Shown here: piece by piece, positions 19,337-27,768 of the stretch
How positions within the stretch are numbered: position 1 is the first letter of the stretch
Layout: each line of letters opens with the position of its first letter
Source of the DNA: a bacterium
Lineage (GTDB): Bacteria; Hinthialibacterota; Hinthialibacteria; Hinthialibacterales; Hinthialibacteraceae
Assembly (NCBI GenBank): GCA_963663405.2
Contig: CAXXSM010000113.1
Coordinates: 1 to 31,503 of the forward strand
Reading direction: 5' to 3'
DNA length: 31,503 nt
Position numbers and translations under genes: made by a program
Notes under the pieces: generated by a model
What the model was told of the DNA's origin: nothing
The model's input: only the letters and a program-made list of their open reading frames with translations
The model's database searches: none

Positions 19337-19531
19337 GTGACAACAAAAGAGCGAGTTATGGCCGTTCTCGGCCAATTGCCGGATGATTGTACTTAGGATG
19401 AGGTTCTTTATCATCTGTACATTGTACGCTCTGTTGAGAAGGATCTCGCTGATGTAGAAGCCGGGCGGACGATTCCACATGAACAGGTAGTTGAGAAACT
19501 ACAGCGCAAATGGGCGCCTGGCGCAGGATAA
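19337..19531 (+). pseudogene. small antitoxin-like gene with an in-frame TAG
   Basis: GTG 19337 reads MTTKERVMAVLGQLPDDCT*DEVLYHLYIVRSVEKDLADVEAGRTIPHEQVVEKLQRKW (TAG 19394-19396). The LPDD...G..I.HE.V pattern is typical of RelE/ParE-associated antitoxins. Not in the ORF track. Confidence 0.7.
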
Positions 19532-19565
19532 TTTGAACCCGAAAAATTTAAAATGGAAAAAACCA

Positions 19566-19841
19566 ATGAGAGTCATCAATTTTAGTGAAGCGCAAAAAAA
19601 TCTTAAAACCGTACTCGATCGAGTCGTCGATGATGCGGATTATACTGTAATTACCCGCCGGGACGCAGACGACGCTGTTGTCATGTCTTTAAATACCTTC
19701 AATAGTTATCTTGAAACGTTCCATCTTTTAAAATCCCCCGCCAATGCCGATCATCTCCAAAAATCTATCGCTCAATATAGAAATGGAAAAACAGTTGAGA
19801 GAGAAATAATCGATGAAGAAGAAACTTGCTTGGACGGATGA
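19566..19841 (+). CDS. yefM: Phd/YefM family antitoxin
   Basis: MRVINFSEAQKNLKTVLDRVVDD...ITRR...VVMSL...ETFHLLKSPANADHLQKSI. Confidence 0.93.
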   Translation: MRVINFSEAQKNLKTVLDRVVDDADYTVITRRDADDAVVMSLNTFNSYLETFHLLKSPANADHLQKSIAQYRNGKTVEREIIDEEETCLDG

Positions 19842-20091
19842 AGCATGGAAAGACTATCTATATTGGCAAAAGCAAGATAAAAAAACACTAAAACGCATCA
19901 ATCGTCTAATAGAAAATATTAAAAGGGATGATCCTTTCAAAGGAATTGGAAAACCTGAACCTTTAAAAGAAGATCTTTCAGGATTCTGGTCTAGAAGGAT
20001 CGATGATACGAATCGTTTAGTATACGTTGTTGATGAAGAGTGCGTTACGATTATTTCATGTAAATACCATTACCACGGCGAAAATGGCTGA
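19813..20091 (+). CDS. yoeB: Txe/YoeB family toxin
   Basis: AWKDYLYWQKQDKK, PFKGIGKPEPLK, SGFWSRRIDDTNRLVY, SCKYHY. Overlaps yefM. Confidence 0.95.
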   Translation: MKKKLAWTDEAWKDYLYWQKQDKKTLKRINRLIENIKRDDPFKGIGKPEPLKEDLSGFWSRRIDDTNRLVYVVDEECVTIISCKYHYHGENG

Positions 20092-20193
20092 CCAGCCAAG
20101 TAGATTACATAACAATAAATGAATACAAATACAATATCTCCGCTTCCATATCGAACCAGTGTGTTTATCACAATACAATAACAAGAGGAGAAC

Positions 20194-20781
20194 ATGAAAA
20201 GAGAATCAAATTGGGAATATCCTGAGCCACGGGAAGGAATCGCCGGTCAATGGGACAAATTTATTGGTCCGGGAGCGACTGCGGGAGAGCAATTGATCGC
20301 CTTGATCCCCGCTTCGCTCGCTGCTTTGGCGATCGTTGTCTACGCTTTTGTTAAGGATTTCAATTGGACGATCTTTCAGTATAGTATCGCTTTTCTGCTT
20401 ACGTTTGATATGATTGGAGGAGTCTTGACAAACGCGACCAGCGCCGCGAAACGGTGGTATCACCGGGAAGGCGAAACACGAGCGAAACACCTGGGATTTA
20501 TCGCGATCCATATTTTCCAGATCGTTTTGGTCTCCTGGTTATTCCGGGATTTCGATCTTCAATACATTATCGGCGTCTTTCTTTATTTAATGCTCTCGGC
20601 GGCGATCGTCACTCAGGTTCCATTACGGATTCAACGAAGCGCCGCGTTATTGCTTGTTTGCGGCTCTATTGTCCTTTCTTTGTACATCTATTCACCGACC
20701 TCCGGATTTGAATGGTTCATCCCGGTTTTGTTTATAAAATTACTCGTCAGCCATTTAACTATCGAAGAACCGTATGTATAA
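20194..20781 (+). CDS. hypothetical integral membrane protein (about 6 TM helices)
   Basis: GAGGAG RBS. WDKFIGPGAT, D.IGG...NAT.AAKRWYHR and multiple hydrophobic helices. Confidence 0.85.
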   Translation: MKRESNWEYPEPREGIAGQWDKFIGPGATAGEQLIALIPASLAALAIVVYAFVKDFNWTIFQYSIAFLLTFDMIGGVLTNATSAAKRWYHREGETRAKHLGFIAIHIFQIVLVSWLFRDFDLQYIIGVFLYLMLSAAIVTQVPLRIQRSAALLLVCGSIVLSLYIYSPTSGFEWFIPVLFIKLLVSHLTIEEPYV

Positions 20782-20901
20782 CTCATGTAGCGAACCGTTG
20801 GAGTTCATTTTTAGGGCCTGTTGTCACCCACCGCTTCCACTGAGTGCGGAATTCCACTGCTTATACTTGTGTTAAGTGGGTAACATCCCACCATAATACG
20901 A

Positions 20902-21261
20902 ATGAAGGATAGAAGAATGGATAAATCAGCAATGAAAAAGGCTTATTTACAGGCTAAGCGGCCTATGGGAGTCTATCGGATCAGCAATTCTCAAAATAAC
21001 AAAGTCTATATCGGTTTCAGTATTGACATACCCGCCAGATTCAATAGACACAAATCGGAACTGAATTTCGGGAGTCATCGAAATAAAGAATTGCAGGAAC
21101 TATGGAATTCATTTGGAGAGGCGGCTTTCGAGTTTGAAATCCTTGATGTGCTGGATAACAAAGAAAACACGCAAGCAAGTCCGAATGAAGAACTGCAGGT
21201 TCTCGCAGAAATGTGGATTCAGAAACTGGAAAAAGAAGGATATTCCATTGTGTGTCTCTGA
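20902..21261 (+). CDS. small GIY-YIG nuclease family protein
   Basis: MGVYRISNSQNNKVYIG, RFNRH, H.NKELQ..WN.FG...F.FEIL. Confidence 0.9.
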   Translation: MKDRRMDKSAMKKAYLQAKRPMGVYRISNSQNNKVYIGFSIDIPARFNRHKSELNFGSHRNKELQELWNSFGEAAFEFEILDVLDNKENTQASPNEELQVLAEMWIQKLEKEGYSIVCL

Positions 21262-21280
21262 TTACTATTCTTTAACAACG
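21181..21280 (+). repeat. 100-bp direct repeat, copy 2
   Basis: 95/100 identical to 17062-17161. Confidence 0.95.
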
Positions 21281-21312
21281 GTAGAACCCAACTCAGCCCT
21301 GTAAAATAAGCC

Positions 21313-21371
21313 ACGCCTTTCCGACTAACTGAATCAATTAATTATAATCGGCAGGTGGGTCGGAAAAGCGT
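21313..21371. repeat. REP-like inverted repeat
   Basis: ACGCCTTTCCGAC (21313-21325) and GTCGGAAAAGCGT (21359-21371) are complementary at 12/13 positions around an AT-rich spacer. Confidence 0.55.
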
Positions 21372-21646
21372 AGTGCACCTTGCATAATTACGCTACATTT
21401 CCATATACAGGCAAACTTACCTCCCCCAGCAATCCTACAAACAAAGCGGACGCATGGTTGTATAACCGGTATTCTGATATATACTTTTAAATCATTATAT
21501 GTATGATCATCCCGGTCGATGGCAGGGGAGAATAGTAAGAATTTTAATTGCTCCTGCTTTCTAAGGTTTTGGATGGATTGAAGAGGATTTTCGTCCATTC
21601 ATTCACCCATGCGTTACTCTATGTGCTTTCGGACGTCCGTTTTGTT

Positions 21647-22774
21647 ATGAAATGGTATCATTTTTTATTACTCTTTTTTGAAGGATTTATTCTCTCCCTG
21701 CTCCTCACGCCCTTGATGCGGTTTCTCGCTCCCCGGCTGGGATTCATGGATCAGCCTGGAGAGCGTAAAGTACACTACAATCCCAAACCTCTTTTGGGTG
21801 GGGCCGCGATCTTTTTTTCTTTCCTGTTCGCCGTTGTCTTTGATCTTTTCGCGTTGCAGTGGTTGAAACAGTGTGATATCACCTTCTCCCCTTGGCTTTC
21901 CGAACATATCAATCAAATCACGCTCTTCGCTGATGGCGCCTGCCAAGTTTGGAATAAACTGATCGGTCTTTTTGTGGGGGGGTCTGTTTTGTTTATTATC
22001 GGTTTGATCGACGACCGGCGGGGGATGAATCCCCTTTTAAAACTGATTGGTCAAATCATCGCGGCGATTATCCTTTACATCGCCGATATCCAAATCGCGC
22101 TTTTCATCGATCATAAAATCATCAATTTTCTGCTCACGCTGTTCTGGATCGTATTGATCACAAACTCGTTTAACCTGTTGGACAATATGGATGGGCTATC
22201 GGGGGGCGTCGCTGCGATCGCGTTGATTTTACTGGGGATATCGACGCATCTCGTCGATCAGCAGGCCTTCATGTCGGCGATCTCTTTCGCACTGGCGGGC
22301 TGTATCGCTGGATTTTTGTGGTTCAACATACATCCCTCATCCATCTTTATGGGGGACGCAGGGTCGCTTTTCATTGGTTATTTTGTCGCCGCTTTGACTG
22401 TGTTGTCCACATTCTATCAATCCGGAACGAGCAACGCGACATCCTGGTCGGTCGTGATGCCGTTTGTGATCCTGGCGGTTCCCATTTTTGACACAACGTC
22501 GGTGATTCTAATCCGGATTCGCAATGGAAAACCGATTTACGTCGGGGATAAAAACCATTTCTCACACCGGCTCTGCGCGCTGGGAATGGGGCAGAGACGG
22601 GCGGTCTTTTTCATCCATTTGGTCACTCTCTGCGTAGGCAGCGCCGCGCTGGTTCTGCCACTGATCCGTATACCGTTCGGCGCTTACGTAGTTCTGACGC
22701 AGACGATCGTTTTCTTTTTAATCATCGCCACATTGGAATCGATCAAGAAAAATAATAATGAGAAAAAGGAATAA
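21647..22774 (+). CDS. MraY-family undecaprenyl-phosphate GlcNAc-1-phosphate transferase (WecA/TagO-like)
   Basis: DQPGERKVH..PKPLLGG, IGLIDD, NSFNLLDNMDGL, IFMGDAGS, PIFDT, GDKNHFSHRL. Start placed at ATG 21647. Confidence 0.93.
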   Translation: MKWYHFLLLFFEGFILSLLLTPLMRFLAPRLGFMDQPGERKVHYNPKPLLGGAAIFFSFLFAVVFDLFALQWLKQCDITFSPWLSEHINQITLFADGACQVWNKLIGLFVGGSVLFIIGLIDDRRGMNPLLKLIGQIIAAIILYIADIQIALFIDHKIINFLLTLFWIVLITNSFNLLDNMDGLSGGVAAIALILLGISTHLVDQQAFMSAISFALAGCIAGFLWFNIHPSSIFMGDAGSLFIGYFVAALTVLSTFYQSGTSNATSWSVVMPFVILAVPIFDTTSVILIRIRNGKPIYVGDKNHFSHRLCALGMGQRRAVFFIHLVTLCVGSAALVLPLIRIPFGAYVVLTQTIVFFLIIATLESIKKNNNEKKE

Positions 22775-22788
22775 TTCATTACAGCGTT

Positions 22789-23280
22789 TTATCCATCTGT
22801 GGAGCGCATCATCTTTTTCAATTTCCGATATTTAAAATAGACCGCCACGGCTAAGAAACCTAACAAAAGAACCAACAAAATGCTTTGAAACGTCATTAGG
22901 AGAGCCGAAGGCTCCGCTCTCCATTCCCCGTATAAAAGATATTCATAGCCCCGCGCCAAGCACAACAGACCGACCAGCATCCCCCCATAAAATACAAGCG
23001 CGTCTTCCGCCGTCCAATGCCGTTGTTTAAAGCTGCGGTATAACACAAATCCAGAAATGGATCCACAAAACAACCCCATCATCGAAAACGCCAATATTCC
23101 CATGCTGTTTTGCATATACAGCGCTCCAGGAGGGTAAAAATCCATCATCCGGATCGAATCAAAAAACGCGCCCCAGAAAAAACCGGTCAACAAACCCGGG
23201 ACCGTTATAAACGAGAAAAAAGTAATCGTATTTCGAAACACAGGCGGTTTTTGAGACCCGCGTTCAGGCGGTTTTGACAT
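22789..23280 (-). CDS. hypothetical membrane protein (4 TM helices)
   Basis: 163-aa ORF with an AAGGGA RBS, four hydrophobic segments and a basic C-terminus. Confidence 0.75.
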   Translation of the reverse strand: MSKPPERGSQKPPVFRNTITFFSFITVPGLLTGFFWGAFFDSIRMMDFYPPGALYMQNSMGILAFSMMGLFCGSISGFVLYRSFKQRHWTAEDALVFYGGMLVGLLCLARGYEYLLYGEWRAEPSALLMTFQSILLVLLLGFLAVAVYFKYRKLKKMMRSTDG

Positions 23281-23800
23281 GGAACATCCCTTATTCTAAA
23301 TTCATTTCTTTCAGACGCGCTGGGAAAACGAACGTAAAAGAAAAATAGGCTTTCTTATAAACCATCATATAAGATCGCTACTGCAAATGAAAATGAGTAG
23401 CGGCAGAAATCGCGAACGAGCAAGTCATCGAAACTCATTTTCATATCATTATAACCACTCTTTACTCCGGTCTGCCGAATGGTCCACATTCAATCTTATT
23501 TTTATTGCGTTCTCTTCCTTTAATCAACTCTCGCTGGAATTTAACAAATATAAAAGCGCCAAATTGAATAAGAATCCTTATCCCTTCTCCATTCATTCCA
23601 TTGGATTGATCCACATCGTTTTATCCTAATTGGAATTGATCTAACGATAATTTAACAAAATCCTGCTTTTCCCCTTTCCCTTCCGATCCTCTTGATGCAA
23701 GATATCCTTAACTAGAGATGAATCAATCTTCTATTTTCAATTCCTCGATGAATCACCAAATGATAGAAACTAAAATCCATATTAATTTCAGAGAAGAGAG

Positions 23801-24988
23801 ATGCGAATTCTCGTCACCAATGTCGGCAGCACATCACTCAAATATCGCCTTTACGATTTTCCGGAAGAAACGCTTCTCGCAACAGGCCGCGTCGAACGGA
23901 TCGGCTCGAATCAAGGCTGCGCCTCATGGAATCATGGTGAATCCAAGGGAGAACGGGAAGCCGCATTCTCTACACACCGGGAAGCGATCAAATTCGTTCT
24001 CAAACAACTGCAAGAAACCGTTCTCGATCAATTATCAGAGATTCGCTGCGTCGCTTTCAAAACCGTTATCGCCAAAGGCTGTGTAGGATGTGAATGGCTT
24101 GATGATACAGTGCTCCAAGCGATGGAAGACTATATTTTCCTCGCTCCGGCGCACAATCCACCTTACATCAACGCGATCCGCCTCTTCCGTGAACTGCTTC
24201 CGGACACACCACTAATCGGCCTGTTCGAACCGGCGTTTCACCTGACCATGCCCGATTACGCCAAAGTGTATCCCCTGCCTAAAGAATGGCGGGAGAAATA
24301 CGCGATTCAACGGTACGGGTACCACGGCGCCTCTCACCGATATCTCTCCGAACGGGCGCCGGCGCTTCTCAACCGGGAAAAAGAGGAAACAAATCTGATC
24401 ACATGCCATCTTGGTGGAAGTTCATCTCTCTGCGCGATTCAGAATGGGAAATCCATTGATACCAGCATGGGATTCACCCCCCAGACCGGTGTATTTCATG
24501 CGACGCGAATTGGTGAGATGGACCCATTCGTTGCGCTCTTTCTCATGAAACAGGAAGGTCTTTCCATCGATGAAATCGTTCAGAAATTAACGAAAGAGAG
24601 CGGGATGCTTGGACTGTCCGGCGTATCGGAAGACATGCGTGACGTCGAAGCCGCGATGGACGCCGGCAATCAAGAAGCGCAGCTGGCGTTTCAAGCGTTC
24701 ACGTATGAAATCAAAAAACTGATCGGCTCCTATCTTCCCGCGCTGGGACGGTTGGACGCGCTTGTTTTCGCGGGGGGAATCGGTGAACGCGGCGGCCGGG
24801 TGCGGGAAGCGGTTTGCCAAGGTTTAGAATTTTTAGGAATTGAACTGGATGTAAGCAAGAACAACGCATGCAATGGGGAAGAAGCCAAAATTTCCACCGC
24901 CAGTTCTCCCACAGAGATTTGGGTCATTCCCACGAACGAAGAACTAATCGTCGCACGAGCGGCCTTTGAGAAAATACAATCCAATTGA
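23801..24988 (+). CDS. ackA: acetate/propionate family kinase (atypical active site)
   Basis: NVGSTSLKY, LAPAHNPP, FEPAFH, RYGYHGASH, CHLGGSSS, DTSMGFTP, SGMLGLSG, FAGGIGE, VIPTNEEL. Confidence 0.92.
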   Translation: MRILVTNVGSTSLKYRLYDFPEETLLATGRVERIGSNQGCASWNHGESKGEREAAFSTHREAIKFVLKQLQETVLDQLSEIRCVAFKTVIAKGCVGCEWLDDTVLQAMEDYIFLAPAHNPPYINAIRLFRELLPDTPLIGLFEPAFHLTMPDYAKVYPLPKEWREKYAIQRYGYHGASHRYLSERAPALLNREKEETNLITCHLGGSSSLCAIQNGKSIDTSMGFTPQTGVFHATRIGEMDPFVALFLMKQEGLSIDEIVQKLTKESGMLGLSGVSEDMRDVEAAMDAGNQEAQLAFQAFTYEIKKLIGSYLPALGRLDALVFAGGIGERGGRVREAVCQGLEFLGIELDVSKNNACNGEEAKISTASSPTEIWVIPTNEELIVARAAFEKIQSN

Positions 24989-25011
24989 TCCAGAAAACAG
25001 GGGTATTTATT

Positions 25012-25977
25012 GTGCAGAACAATGGAAGATCGATGAAAGTTTTTGCGGGTTTGTCCAATCGCCCTTTGGCGCAGGAAATTTGTGGCATTCTCGATATTCC
25101 GCTGGGCAAAATCGATATCATCAAATTTCAGAATGAAAATCTATTTGTGAAAATTCAGGAGAACGTAAGGGAATGTGACGTGTTTGTCATTCAAACCTCC
25201 ACATCTCCCGTCAATACCCGCCTCATGGAGCTCCTGCTGATGGTTGACGCGATGAAACACGCGTCGGCGGCGCGGGTGACGGCGGTTCTTCCCTATTTCC
25301 CCTATGTGCGTTCCGACAAAAAAGACCAGCCACGGATCTCCATCGCCGCCCGGTTGGTCGCGGACCTTCTCGAATCGGCCGGCGCCGATCGGGTTCTCAC
25401 CATGAATCTACATTCTTTCCAGATTCAGGGCTTCTTCCGGATTCCCGTTGATCACCTGTTGGCCACACCGGTTTTGATCGATTATTTCCAAAACCGCGAC
25501 GTCAGCAATTCCGTCGTAGTCGCCCCCGACGCAGGCAGCGCCAAACGTGGCGATAAATACGCTAAATTACTGGATTTGCCACTCGCGATCATTGACAAGC
25601 GAAGAGTCGGGAACCGGGATCAGGCTGTAGCGGAAAATATCATTGGAGATGTCAAAGACAAACGGGCGATCATCTTCGATGACGAAGTCAGCACGGGTGG
25701 ATCTTTAATCAAAGCAACAGAAACTCTCACTAATCATGGAGTGACAGATATCCGGGCGGGGATCGTTCACCCCGTCCTCTGCGGCAATGCGGTCGAAGCC
25801 ATCAAAAATTCCGCGATCAGCGAATGCGTATTTACAAACACCATCCCCGTTGAAAAAGAAAAACGAGACGAAAAAATAGTCGTCCTATCCGTCGCCAAAC
25901 TCTTCGCCAAAGCAATCAAACGAATCCACAACGGTGAATCCGTCAGCGATTTATTCTCTCCCTTCGAAAATATTTAA
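25012..25977 (+). CDS. prs: ribose-phosphate pyrophosphokinase
   Basis: LMELLLM, PYFPYVRSDKK, VVAPDAGS, IIDKRR, IFDDEVSTGGS, TNTIP, AIKRIHNGESVS. GTG start at 25012. Confidence 0.95.
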   Translation: MQNNGRSMKVFAGLSNRPLAQEICGILDIPLGKIDIIKFQNENLFVKIQENVRECDVFVIQTSTSPVNTRLMELLLMVDAMKHASAARVTAVLPYFPYVRSDKKDQPRISIAARLVADLLESAGADRVLTMNLHSFQIQGFFRIPVDHLLATPVLIDYFQNRDVSNSVVVAPDAGSAKRGDKYAKLLDLPLAIIDKRRVGNRDQAVAENIIGDVKDKRAIIFDDEVSTGGSLIKATETLTNHGVTDIRAGIVHPVLCGNAVEAIKNSAISECVFTNTIPVEKEKRDEKIVVLSVAKLFAKAIKRIHNGESVSDLFSPFENI

Positions 25978-26057
25978 TCCCTCCATCTTGACGAAACGCC
26001 AAAAAACCGAAAACTCAATCAATAATACCATACCAACATAATTACAGGACAAAAACG

Positions 26058-27536
26058 ATGAAAACCACATTACTTCTCACCATGTGCCTTATGGTTTCCC
26101 TTTTCGCATTCACTGCAGAGACTCAATATAAGCCCAATTGGGAATCCCTTGATTCCCGTCCTGTCCCGGACTGGTTCGCCGACGCGAAACTAGGGATTTT
26201 CATCCACTGGGGGCCCTATTCGGTTCCCGCATACACGCCCAAAGGGACCTATTCGGAATGGTATCAATACTGGCTGCAGACAAAATCGATTGGCGGGAAT
26301 GGGAAATTCACCGGAACGGAAGTCTATGACTATCACGTCAAAACCTATGGCTATCATTTCAGCTATTTCCAATTTGGAGACCTGTTTACCGCCGATCTAT
26401 TCGATCCAGAACAATGGGCGGATTTATTCAAACGATCCGGCGCCAAATATGTTGTCATCACATCCAAACACCACGACGGCTATTGTCTCTGGCCAAACGC
26501 CCAAGCCAACGACCGGGGATTCCCTTGGAATAGCATGGAAGTCGGTTCAAAACGCGATCTACTTGGTGAATTGACCCCCGCGGTTAAAAATGCGGGATTA
26601 AAAATGGGCTTTTATTATTCACTCTACGAATGGTTCCATCCCTGGTGGCTCAACGATAAAGAACGCTTCATCAAAGAACATTTCCATCCCCAGGTCAAAG
26701 ATCTGGTCGAACGATATCAACCGGATATTCTTTGGGGTGATGGGGAATGGGATCTGGAACCGGAAGTATGGAAAACGCCCGAAATCCTGGCATGGCTGTT
26801 CAATGAATCGTCCGTAAAAGACACCGTCACGATCAATGACCGATGGGGAAAAGGCGTCCGCAACAAACACGGTGGATATTATACAACCGAATACCAATCC
26901 ACCGCCTCGTTCGACAAACCTTGGGAAGAATGCCGGGGTATGGGATTTTCATTCGGCTATAACTACAATGAAGATATCGAAGATTACAATTCGCCCCGCG
27001 CCATTCTTTATATGTTACTCGACATCGTGAGCCACGGTGGGAATTTATTACTGGATATCGGTCCGGACGGCCGGGGTAAGATTCCTGTTATCATGCAGGA
27101 ACGGCTCGTGCAATTGGGGAAATGGCTTTCGGTGAATGGAGAGGCCATCTATGGTACACGCCCCTGGAAAAATTCCAACCAGTGGTCCAAAGGCGACCGC
27201 AATTACAAACCCAAAGGACAACACTATCTCGGCGGCGATTACATTCTCAAACTGACTGTCGATCCCGAACCGGGCTATGCCGTAAAAGAACTCTTTTTCA
27301 CCCAAAAAGACGGAAATCTCTATGCGATCTCCCCACAATGGCCGGGAGAAACACTGATTGTCAAAGATGTTCAAGCCACTGAAAACACAGAAGTTAAATT
27401 ACTTGCTACGGGACAAGAAATGGAATGGGAAAACCGGGATGGGAATTTGATTATCCAACTCCCACCCTACAATCCAAACATCTTCACGCCCGAATCCTCA
27501 TACGCCTATGCGTTTAAGATCACGGATGTGAAATAA
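26058..27536 (+). CDS. secreted alpha-L-fucosidase (GH29)
   Basis: Signal peptide, WESLDSRPVPDWFADAKLGIFIHWG, TSKHHDG, LWGDGEW, INDRWG, WEEC, GGNLLLDIGP, NGEAIYGTRPW. Confidence 0.95.
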   Translation: MKTTLLLTMCLMVSLFAFTAETQYKPNWESLDSRPVPDWFADAKLGIFIHWGPYSVPAYTPKGTYSEWYQYWLQTKSIGGNGKFTGTEVYDYHVKTYGYHFSYFQFGDLFTADLFDPEQWADLFKRSGAKYVVITSKHHDGYCLWPNAQANDRGFPWNSMEVGSKRDLLGELTPAVKNAGLKMGFYYSLYEWFHPWWLNDKERFIKEHFHPQVKDLVERYQPDILWGDGEWDLEPEVWKTPEILAWLFNESSVKDTVTINDRWGKGVRNKHGGYYTTEYQSTASFDKPWEECRGMGFSFGYNYNEDIEDYNSPRAILYMLLDIVSHGGNLLLDIGPDGRGKIPVIMQERLVQLGKWLSVNGEAIYGTRPWKNSNQWSKGDRNYKPKGQHYLGGDYILKLTVDPEPGYAVKELFFTQKDGNLYAISPQWPGETLIVKDVQATENTEVKLLATGQEMEWENRDGNLIIQLPPYNPNIFTPESSYAYAFKITDVK

Positions 27537-27593
27537 TTTTTCTATACGCATATTCGATAGATTATCCATTCATTATGAGTAAGAAAATTTTTC

Positions 27594-27717
27594 TTTGTCT
27601 GAATCTGGATACGCAGGATTGATAGGATGACCAGGATTTTTTTACTGCCTTATTCAATTGATATTGCCATTCGATGTCTTCTTCAACTTACATGATTCCT
27701 ATCCTGATTCAGACAAA
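27594..27717. repeat. MITE/REP-like element with 18-bp terminal inverted repeats
   Basis: TTTGTCTGAATCTGGATA (27594-27611) and TATCCTGATTCAGACAAA (27700-27717) match at 17/18. Internal 9-nt AGGATnnnn units. Confidence 0.75.
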
Positions 27718-27768
27718 AAACGTTTACTACGAAAGAACAATAATACGCGATAAAGGTACACCATCCGA

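Noticed and set aside
19394-19396. TAG recoding (pyrrolysine or alternative code)
   Set aside because: TAG ends several normal genes here (e.g. 14624, 15606, 17828, 18218). A nonsense mutation is simpler.
21548-21646. Upstream TTG start for the WecA-like gene
   Set aside because: The family-like first TM helix begins after ATG 21647.
23387-23629. 80-aa ORF in the intergenic region
   Set aside because: No convincing RBS or motif, and composition is that of AT-rich non-coding DNA.
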